From positions 1 through 27,946 of the forward strand of contig JBCBJQ010000074.1 of assembly GCA_038523235.1 (NCBI GenBank): DNA of 27,946 nt, in the 5' to 3' direction. This document shows, in pieces, positions 19,466 through 27,946 of this stretch. Below the pieces are notes generated by a model. That model made no database searches and was not told the DNA's origin. It saw only the letters and a program-made list of their open reading frames with translations. This stretch comes from Cyanobacteria bacterium J06626_4. Lineage in GTDB: Bacteria > Cyanobacteriota > Cyanobacteriia > Phormidesmidales > Phormidesmidaceae. The stretch's first letter is position 1. Each line of letters starts with the position of its first letter. The translations under genes and the position numbers were made by a program.

Positions 19466-20530
19466 CTATATTGAGGCGGTTGGCTCGGCGGCATCATCAA
19501 CCATTAAGCTATCTAGCTGCTCACGGAGCATGTCGTTGATCACCGAACCCGGCGGCCGCTCGTGGGGCCAAGCAAAGGCATGGCGAAACGCCGCAGCTTG
19601 GCAAGCCTGTAATCCTTCAAATCCAATCACATCCTGAGTCAGCAAATTTTCGTATTCAAAGGGCAAACGGACGTTGTGCAGGCCCGCATTATCGGTGCAG
19701 ATGGCAATATCGACCCCGGCATCAAAGCAGCGATCGAACACCGGCTTCAGGTCACGAATCTCATCTAGCGTGCCCGTTTGCAAATAAGTGGTCGGACAGA
19801 CTTCCAAGCACTGTCCCCGGTCAGCAACAGACTTTAGCAAATCAGGGCGCTGCAGCGGAATCTGAATGCCGTGACCAATCCGCATCAGGTAGGGCAACAG
19901 CTCGGGGTAGCAACCATCCCGAGTTTCAAACACGTGCCCGGTCGTGCTAACGCCGAGCTGTCTAGCGTAGGCATACAACCCGACAAACTCGTCTAGCCGT
20001 TCGCCATACTGGGCATCGCCACCCGCCAAATCAATGGCACAGACAAACTCAGGATATTGAGCCGCCAAATCAACGATGGCCCGATTCACCTCGTAGGGCA
20101 ATCGCGAGTGCATACAAAGAATCTGCCGCGTCACCACCGGATATTCGGTTTGCTGGCTGGCGCGCCCTACCACCTCAACGATCTGGGTCATTTTGTCGAT
20201 GCGATCACCTTGCGCGAGATGTTCTGGCGTTCTTAAGTAAGGCGTATAGCGCAGCTCTAGGTATGCAAGATTCTCAAAGATGTAAGCCCCGCGAATCAGG
20301 CGCGACACGAAATAGGGCAAGGCTTCTTGAGTCTGCACGCTTTCTACCAGGGTGTGCAGCTCTAAATACTCCGCCAAGGTATTGCGCGGGCGGGTGTAGA
20401 AATCTTCAAAGGCGGGGTAACCGGCAAAGCGATCGGCCACATCGGAGCGATTGCGTTGAAAATAACGCCACAAAATTCTGGGAACAACAGAACCGCCTAG
20501 GTGGCGGTGCAGCTCAGCATACAAACTCAT
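19466..20530 (-). CDS. add: Adenosine/AMP deaminase family protein
   Basis: AELHRHLGGS (HxH), YLELR.TP, DLAG, GHVFE, RIGHG, EVCPT and TDN metal-site motifs. Confidence 0.82.
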   Translation of the reverse strand: MSLYAELHRHLGGSVVPRILWRYFQRNRSDVADRFAGYPAFEDFYTRPRNTLAEYLELHTLVESVQTQEALPYFVSRLIRGAYIFENLAYLELRYTPYLRTPEHLAQGDRIDKMTQIVEVVGRASQQTEYPVVTRQILCMHSRLPYEVNRAIVDLAAQYPEFVCAIDLAGGDAQYGERLDEFVGLYAYARQLGVSTTGHVFETRDGCYPELLPYLMRIGHGIQIPLQRPDLLKSVADRGQCLEVCPTTYLQTGTLDEIRDLKPVFDRCFDAGVDIAICTDNAGLHNVRLPFEYENLLTQDVIGFEGLQACQAAAFRHAFAWPHERPPGSVINDMLREQLDSLMVDDAAEPTASI

Positions 20531-20793
20531 GGAAAGTCCTCGGCCTTGAGATGAGTGGGCATCAATTAAGTCGTCAAGCTTTAAAAAATCAGCTCAAAAA
20601 GTTATCTATTGTTCTACCCCAGAAATATCTAGCAACGGGCATAACCCCAGATTTGCTTTCGCTTTCCCAGCTGCGAGCCAAGAAACATTCACCCGTTTGG
20701 GAACCACGGCTCGCCCCCGCCAAAACCTGCCGCAAAGCTCGCGCTGGCCAATCTGACCGCAAACTGGGCAGACAAACTCGATGCAGCCGGGTA

Positions 20794-20823
20794 TTGACAG
20801 GTCTGCAAAATTCTGAGGATAAT
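20794..20823 (+). promoter_or_regulatory. Sigma70-type promoter for purA
   Basis: Perfect TTGACA (20794-20799), 18-nt spacer, GATAAT (20818-20823); AAGGA precedes the TTG start. Confidence 0.55.
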
Positions 20824-20837
20824 GGTTATTTGTGTGA

Positions 20838-22193
<1,356 letters not shown>

Positions 22194-22243
22194 TTGTCTG
22201 TTTGTTTGCCTGCCCAAATTATTCTGAATTGTCAGTGAGTCCT

Positions 22244-22864
22244 ATGGAATTATCGATTGAATGTAACAAGCGCGACACCGGCACTAACCCCAGAGCCCTG
22301 CGTCGTGATGGCCGCGTGCCCGCCGTTCTCTACGGTCATGATGGCGCCGAGTCCGTCTCGCTGACGGTGGCCCAGCGAGATGCCGAAAAGCTCGTGCGTC
22401 ATGCGTCAGAGAACAATACTCTGATCACGGTCAATGTGCCTGACATGCCCTGGAGCGGTCAGGCCCTACTGCGTGAGGTGCAAACTCACCCTTGGAAGGA
22501 CATGCTGTATCACCTCAGCTTCTTCTCAATCGCCAGTCAGTCCAGCGTAGAAGTGGTTGTGCCTATTCACTATGTCGGCACCGCCAGCGGCGTCAAGGAT
22601 GAAGGGGGCACCTTGGACATCATGGTGTCAGAACTGGCCATTCGCTGTGCCCCCAGTGCAATTCCGGAAACGCTAGACATCGATGTGTCAGAGCTCGCCG
22701 TCGGTGAGAACCTCCACATCACCGACCTGAAGCTGCCAGCTGGTGTCGAGGCGGTCGCTGATACCGACAAAACCTTGGTGAATGTAGCGGCCCCGAGAAC
22801 CGTCGCTACTGAAGGCAGTGACTCAGATTCGATGGCGGTGGCAGAAGCCACCTCTGAAGCGTAG
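22244..22864 (+). CDS. rplY: 50S ribosomal protein L25/general stress protein Ctc (long form)
   Basis: RALRR.G.VPAVLYG, LLREVQ.HP....HLSF, VP....G...GVK..GG and IP....DVS.L..G....I.DL; start at ATG 22244. Confidence 0.95.
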   Translation: MELSIECNKRDTGTNPRALRRDGRVPAVLYGHDGAESVSLTVAQRDAEKLVRHASENNTLITVNVPDMPWSGQALLREVQTHPWKDMLYHLSFFSIASQSSVEVVVPIHYVGTASGVKDEGGTLDIMVSELAIRCAPSAIPETLDIDVSELAVGENLHITDLKLPAGVEAVADTDKTLVNVAAPRTVATEGSDSDSMAVAEATSEA

Positions 22865-22882
22865 ATTGCTGCTGATGTCGTG

Positions 22883-22911
22883 AAACCAGGGAAGGCTTTC
22901 CCTGGTTTTTT
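22883..22911 (+). terminator. Intrinsic terminator after rplY
   Basis: AAACCAGGGAA-GGCT-TTCCCTGGTTT ending in a T-run. Confidence 0.85.
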
Positions 22912-22932
22912 AGTGTCTTTTTATAGGTTGTT

Positions 22933-24465
22933 ATGCTTGATATCTCGCTGCCGCCGCTGATTCAGCAAATGCTCCAGCCGGAGTTTTATCCCCATCCCGT
23001 GCAAGATTCGATCCAGCTGATTCAGACTCACGGTTCCTACGTCATGTTGACGGGAGATTTTGCCTACAAGGTCAAAAAGCCCGTTGATTTTGGGTTTCTC
23101 AACTACTCCACCCTGGAGCTGCGAAAACACTTCTGTGCGGCAGAACTACAGCTCAACCAGCGAGCCGCCGCGCCCATTTATGTAGCGGCTCTGCCGATTA
23201 GCCAGCAGGGCGATCGCTACGAGCTCGATACCCCCGAAAACGTAGTGGAATACACCGTCAAAATGCGGCAGTTTCCCCAGTCTACGCTGCTGAGTCATCG
23301 CTTTGAACAGGGCGACCTCACAGAAGACTTACTGCGCCAGCTGGCTGAGGCGATCGCGGCCTTTCACCTGCGGGCTGAAACCAACGACTACATCCAAACC
23401 TTTGGCACGGTCGAGAAGATTCGCCAGTCGATCGACGAAAATTACGACCAGACTGTGGGCTTTATCGGTGGGCCACAAACCCAACAGCAGTTTGACGAGA
23501 CCAAAGCCTACACTGACGAGTTTTTTGCTACCCAGCAGGCTCTGTTACAGCAGCGCGTTGATCAAGGCAAAATCCGGGCTTGCCACGGCGATCTGCACCT
23601 CAACAACATCTGCTACTGGCAGGATGAGCTGCTGTTGTTTGACTGCATCGAATTCAACGAGCCGTTTCGCTTCGTTGACGTGATGTTTGATATTGCCTAT
23701 ATCATCATGGATCTCACTGTGCAGGGGCGAACCGACTTAGCCGCGTCCTTCCTGAGTCACTATGTTGAGCACACGGGTGATTGGGCCGGCTTACAGGTAT
23801 TGCCCCTCTACGTCAGTCGGCAATCCTATGTCAGAGCCAAGGTCATTTCCTTTTTGTTAGGCGATCCTGCCGTTGACGATGCGGCGAAGCAAGCAGCAGC
23901 TGACAAAGCGGCGAAATATTACACCCTGGCCTGGTCTTATATTCAGCCCCGCTCAGGCCGACTTTTTGCCATGGCAGGACTATCTGGGGCCGGCAAAAGC
24001 ACCGTAGCTCAGGAACTGGCGCGGCAACTGCCCGGCGTCTATGTGCGCTCGGATGCGGTACGCAAGCACTTAGCGGGGATGCCCGTACAGCAGCGGGGGG
24101 CTGATAGTCTATACACCCCAGAAATGACGCAAAAAACCTACGAGCGCTTAGTGCAGTTAGGCAGCGAATTGACTAGCCAAGGCTACAGCATCATTTTGGA
24201 TGCGAAGTTTGACCGGGTCGCGACCCGACAGTTGGCGATCGCTCAGGCGATCGCTCACCAGCTACCGCTGACCATTGTGCACTGTGAGGCCCCGCTCGCA
24301 ACGCTCAAACAACGAGTTAAAGAACGGTCCGGCGACATTGCTGATGCCACCTTAGCCATTTTAGAAAAGCAGCATCTAGAGCCCTTTACTCCCGCCGAGC
24401 AACCCTATGTCACCACAATTGATACGACCCAACCGCTATCTCCTCAATTGGCGACTATAGTGTAA
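22933..24465 (+). CDS. Bifunctional aminoglycoside-phosphotransferase-like / AAA_33 P-loop kinase (COG2187+COG0645 type)
   Basis: N-domain THGS, AYKVKKPV, HGDLHLNN, FDCIEF; C-domain Walker A GLSGAGKS, SDAVRK, ILDAKF. Confidence 0.85.
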   Translation: MLDISLPPLIQQMLQPEFYPHPVQDSIQLIQTHGSYVMLTGDFAYKVKKPVDFGFLNYSTLELRKHFCAAELQLNQRAAAPIYVAALPISQQGDRYELDTPENVVEYTVKMRQFPQSTLLSHRFEQGDLTEDLLRQLAEAIAAFHLRAETNDYIQTFGTVEKIRQSIDENYDQTVGFIGGPQTQQQFDETKAYTDEFFATQQALLQQRVDQGKIRACHGDLHLNNICYWQDELLLFDCIEFNEPFRFVDVMFDIAYIIMDLTVQGRTDLAASFLSHYVEHTGDWAGLQVLPLYVSRQSYVRAKVISFLLGDPAVDDAAKQAAADKAAKYYTLAWSYIQPRSGRLFAMAGLSGAGKSTVAQELARQLPGVYVRSDAVRKHLAGMPVQQRGADSLYTPEMTQKTYERLVQLGSELTSQGYSIILDAKFDRVATRQLAIAQAIAHQLPLTIVHCEAPLATLKQRVKERSGDIADATLAILEKQHLEPFTPAEQPYVTTIDTTQPLSPQLATIV

Positions 24466-24549
24466 GCGAGCAAAGCTGTCACAAGCCCGAGTGGATTAGT
24501 GGCAGCCCAACCTATCCTCAACGTTGGGGGATAATCCCCGCTATCCATC

Positions 24550-24852
24550 GTGACTGACAAGATCTTTCCCGTTGCGCTGCGGTTGTGGCTATTTTTTTTG
24601 CTGACGTTTTTGGTGCTGGGCTACGAGATCGGCCCAAGCATTATTTTTGGGGCGATCGCCGGGTTTGCGGGCGGCACCCTGGCCGCTTGGTGGCAAACCC
24701 CAGGTGGCGAACCAAAGGCAGTCGACACCGGGCCGAATGCCCTCGATAAGCTGGGTGAGCGATTTAAACCGCGCCAGGTGCAAAACCGCTTACCCTTCCT
24801 CAAACTATTTACTCGCCGCGATCGCCGCCATCCCGGCTCCCGTCGTTTGTAA
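24550..24852 (+). CDS. Small hypothetical membrane protein
   Basis: GTG start, two hydrophobic segments (one GxxxG-rich), basic C-terminal tail; fits the gap in the same orientation, 9 nt before the GNAT gene. Confidence 0.6.
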   Translation: MTDKIFPVALRLWLFFLLTFLVLGYEIGPSIIFGAIAGFAGGTLAAWWQTPGGEPKAVDTGPNALDKLGERFKPRQVQNRLPFLKLFTRRDRRHPGSRRL

Positions 24853-24861
24853 AAGGTTGCT

Positions 24862-25362
24862 ATGTCCTTCGTCATTCGAGAAATTCAACCTGAGGACAAC
24901 CCGCAGATTGCGGCCATTATTCGCCAGGTACTTACCGAATTTGGTGCCAATCGCCCTGGCTTTGCCTGGGCAGACCCAGAACTCGATCAGCTCTCCCAGG
25001 CTTACCAGGACAGCGGGGGCAGCTATTATGTGATCACCGCTGCAGAGCAGCTTATCGGCGGCGGGGGCATTGCGCCGTTTCCCTGCGACTTTCCCGATAT
25101 CTGTGAACTGCAAAAGATGTATCTTTTGCCCGCTTATCGCGGCCAAGGTATCGGCCAAGCTTTGATGGAAAAATTGCTCACCATGGCTCAAGGGCAGGGC
25201 TATCAAGGCTGCTATTTAGAAACCTTCGGCACCATGGCAGCCGCAATTCATCTCTACCAAAAATTTGGCTTCGCCCCCGTGGAGCATCCCATTGGCAATT
25301 CGGGTCACCGCAGTTGCAACCTATTTTTCATGCGGCGTTTTGAGCCCCCCCCACCTGATTGA
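24862..25362 (+). CDS. GNAT family acyltransferase (YjgM-like)
   Basis: IR.I...DN..IA.IIR.V..EFG, CELQKMY.LP..RGQGIG, YLET and A..LY.KFGF. Confidence 0.9.
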   Translation: MSFVIREIQPEDNPQIAAIIRQVLTEFGANRPGFAWADPELDQLSQAYQDSGGSYYVITAAEQLIGGGGIAPFPCDFPDICELQKMYLLPAYRGQGIGQALMEKLLTMAQGQGYQGCYLETFGTMAAAIHLYQKFGFAPVEHPIGNSGHRSCNLFFMRRFEPPPPD

Positions 25363-25471
25363 CAGCCTAACGAACGTTGATGCCTTTAACTTAACCCGAA
25401 CTGACGTTAACTTAGTGTCAGAGCATCTAACGTCACCCACAATTGTGAAATACCACTCAGGCCCAATCAGC

Positions 25472-26071
25472 TTATACGCGGGCTAGGGTCACCTGCTCAG
25501 GCTGATCTTGATATTTGCCGCGACGGGTCTCGTAGCTGACTTCACACTGCTCACCTTCAAAAAAGAGGAGCTGTACAACGCCCTCATTAGCATAAATGCG
25601 GCAGTCAGCACTCGATGAGTTAGAGAACTCTAGCGTCAGATGGCCACGCCAACCGGCTTCAGCCGGGGTGAGGTTAGCAATGATGCCACAGCGTGCATAG
25701 GTTGATTTACCAATGCAAATGACGCTGATGTTATCAGGCACACGAATGCACTCTAATGCCACCCCGAGGCCGTAGGAATGCGCTGGCAAGATGAAGTAGC
25801 TGCCGCTGGTGTCGGTGCGTAAGGGCGTGGGCTCTAGATTATCGGGGCTAAAGTTTTTCGGATCAACGACTGTGCCCGGAATATGGCGAAAAATGCGAAA
25901 CTCTGACGGCGAAAGGCGAATGTCATAGCCATAGGAAGAGAGACCATAGCTAATCACCGGACGGGTATGCGGCAACTCGCCCATGTCAACATGGCGAACC
26001 AGTTTGGGCTCAAAAGGCTCGATTAGCCCATCAGCCGCCATTTGATTGATCCAAGCGTCGTTTTTAATCAT
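25472..26071 (-). CDS. dcd: dCTP deaminase
   Basis: Motifs ISYGLSSYGYD.RL, GKST.AR.GI, TP.E.GW.G.LTLE, YANEG..Q and KYQ.Q. Confidence 0.95.
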   Translation of the reverse strand: MIKNDAWINQMAADGLIEPFEPKLVRHVDMGELPHTRPVISYGLSSYGYDIRLSPSEFRIFRHIPGTVVDPKNFSPDNLEPTPLRTDTSGSYFILPAHSYGLGVALECIRVPDNISVICIGKSTYARCGIIANLTPAEAGWRGHLTLEFSNSSSADCRIYANEGVVQLLFFEGEQCEVSYETRRGKYQDQPEQVTLARV

Positions 26072-26265
26072 GATTTATCTGCTGTAAAGGGGCATGCAAG
26101 GGCAATTTCAAAGGAGATGCGAAACAAGAGTGTCGGACTCTAGAGGCTGTCATCATTTAGCAGCTGAGTCCTTATGCTGAGAGCGGTTCAGCCCCTAGCT
26201 AGGTTTACGGAGCGGGCGCGGTAATGTCCATATTGCAGACTTCCGAGTTTAATTAATGGCGCGCT

Positions 26266-26829
26266 CTAGGGCATGAAGTGACGGCGAAATTCAGTAACCT
26301 GATCAGCGATCGCCAACAACGCCGCCGGCATCTCTGGCCCAGTCATAATCACATCGACCTGGGAGGGGCGCTGCTGCAGAAACGTCAGTACATCCGCTTC
26401 TGCGATCAGGCCAAACCGAATCGCTAGACTCAACTCATCCAGCACCACCAAGGAGTAGCGACCCTGCCGGGCCATCGTTTCGGTGTGTTGCCACAGGTGA
26501 GAGATCGCAGCACGTTCACATTCGGTGGTCTCATCAGAGGCGATGGCCCGTTGAATATCGGGTCGCATCCACTCTAGACCTTGGCCAAACTGCATCGACT
26601 GGTCTACTCCCTGACGAATCCCCCCTTTGAGAAACTGGGCAATCAAGACCGAGTGGCCTTGCCCCGCGACTCGCATGGCTTGCACCATGACATTCGTAAA
26701 AAAGCTGCGGTGAGGTGAAGTGAAAACTTGTACCGTGCCTTCGACAGCATGCAGCCAAGGATGTGCCTTGGCACGAGCGACAGGATCAGGAGCGGAAAGG
26801 GGTAGCGAAGCCCGGAGCTGTGAAACCAT
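26266..26829 (-). CDS. CobA/BtuR (cob(I)alamin adenosyltransferase)-like protein with degenerate P-loop
   Basis: A.R.AGQG..V...QFLKGG, Y.LVVLDEL..A...GLI, DVI.TG...P..L...AD.VTE; the usual TG.GKGKT is replaced by TSPHRSFFT. Confidence 0.82.
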   Translation of the reverse strand: MVSQLRASLPLSAPDPVARAKAHPWLHAVEGTVQVFTSPHRSFFTNVMVQAMRVAGQGHSVLIAQFLKGGIRQGVDQSMQFGQGLEWMRPDIQRAIASDETTECERAAISHLWQHTETMARQGRYSLVVLDELSLAIRFGLIAEADVLTFLQQRPSQVDVIMTGPEMPAALLAIADQVTEFRRHFMP

Positions 26830-26853
26830 ATTTGGGGGCGTTTCGATTTCGGT

Positions 26854-26911
26854 AGGCTAAATATAGCGCAATTTCTCTCAGAGAATTACTTAAAAACTCT
26901 ATATATATCGT
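26854..26911. promoter_or_regulatory. Tandem NrdR-box-like sites
   Basis: aggCTAAATATAGcgc (26854-26869) and actCTATATATATcgt (26896-26911) compared with consensus acaCwAtATaTwGtgt; 42-bp period. Confidence 0.6.
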
Positions 26912-26934
26912 CTAGTTCAAAAACACTACCCAGA

Positions 26935-26943
26935 ATCATATCA
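26935..26943 (-). promoter_or_regulatory. Extended -10 promoter for the CobA-like gene and dcd
   Basis: Minus strand reads TG-A-TATGAT, implying a TSS near 26928, just upstream of the NrdR-like boxes. Confidence 0.55.
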
Positions 26944-27405
26944 CCCGTTTCAAGATTGGGATCACGAATCATCCGTTTTAGTGGCGATCGCGGCGAGATC
27001 GCCTCAGCAGCAGGGTACGGATGAATGATAGCGACATTACCGCCGTCTCATGGCAAATTCATGCCAAAAAAAATTGATCGCAACAATCCTCATGTCGCAA
27101 TCAAGCAAGGAGATATTGAAAAAACATCACTCAGAGCCGGTCGAGCAGTCGCTCATGGACTGATTGGGCGATTCCCCCTGCCATTTTTCTAGCGTGACTA
27201 CATCGTCCTGCCAGTGAATCACGAATTCAGCAACCAACCGCATTGCAGCTTTGAAAACAGGGAGATGACACACTCGCTCATTCACTGTGAAACGTCGCGA
27301 AGTTTTTTCATAAGATCGCTGCCGTTCACCCAAGCTCTTAAACTAGCCACCGTGATTGAGTCACGCGCTCAACCCTCATTCCGGGGTGTCCTAGGGCAAC
27401 GTTGC

Positions 27406-27891
27406 CTATAGGCCAAGTGTGCCATCAGAGTTAGGAAGCAGGCTGTCACCAGGGGCGATCGCAGGCTTTGGAATGGCGATCGGAGGTTGGTCTAGGGCAA
27501 TTTCCAAATTGTCCGTCACCTCCGATGAGGCCGTGCGAACCGAGCCGAGCCGCTCCAGCGGATATAGCGCTCCGGAAAAGATGCCCACAACAGCAACCGC
27601 TGCTGCGGTCATGCCAGCCATCCAAGTTCTTCGGAAGCGTTGATTCAGCTTCGAGACGACTCGATTAGCCGTGTAGAGATGATCTTGGGGTTTTGCAGTC
27701 TCGTGACCGAGCCCTTGAAAACCCTGACGCAGCTGGAGTAGTCGGCGATATAGACACTGAGCCTCGGCATCGTGGTCAAGCCAGGTCGCCACTAACCGCC
27801 GCTCAGCCGGAGAAACTTCACCATCGAGGTATGCACTCAATAACTCAAAGCGATCACGTTTAGTAGCATCGATTTCTCTATGTTGACTCAT
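27406..27891 (-). CDS. Membrane-anchored anti-sigma factor (cyanobacterial ECF type); start uncertain
   Basis: RDRFELLSAYLDGEV...ERR.V..WL..D....LY.RLL followed by one TM helix; the frame stays open to the window edge, so the true start may lie outside. Confidence 0.8.
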   Translation of the reverse strand: MSQHREIDATKRDRFELLSAYLDGEVSPAERRLVATWLDHDAEAQCLYRRLLQLRQGFQGLGHETAKPQDHLYTANRVVSKLNQRFRRTWMAGMTAAAVAVVGIFSGALYPLERLGSVRTASSEVTDNLEIALDQPPIAIPKPAIAPGDSLLPNSDGTLGL

Positions 27892-27946
27892 CGTGCTGTG
27901 CTCTGAACAGGATAAGGCGTTGGGGAGGCCGCCTGACAAATCTAAA

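Overview
A chromosomal core-genome segment from a cyanobacterium, indicated by psaD, a ycf37-like TPR gene, an NtcA box and about 35 HIP1 GCGATCGC octamers by manual count. Gene order: amt1, orphan DICT-GAF histidine kinase, psaD, trpE, RlpA-family protein (-), M28 peptidase, glucose-1-dehydrogenase-like SDR plus SMP-30 lactonase, rpmI, rplT, amino-acid ABC substrate-binding protein, ycf37, small conserved hypothetical (-), Tat-exported DUF362, YdcF (-), DUF4126 (-), DUF6464 (-), aspS (-), adenosine-deaminase family (-) divergent from purA, rplY, APH-like/AAA kinase fusion, small membrane protein, GNAT, dcd (-), P-loop-degenerate CobA/BtuR-like protein (-), anti-sigma factor (-). I see no tRNA, rRNA, CRISPR array, transposase, phage gene or defence system, and no clearly new multi-gene system. 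The best leads are: two NrdR-like boxes 42 bp apart upstream of a P-loop-less CobA paralog and dcd; a loop-less 50-bp palindrome after amt1 and a 12-nt 5'/3' complementarity around it; the DICT-GAF kinase; and a candidate non-phosphorylative sugar-oxidation gene pair. All family calls come from motif recognition by eye, not database searches.
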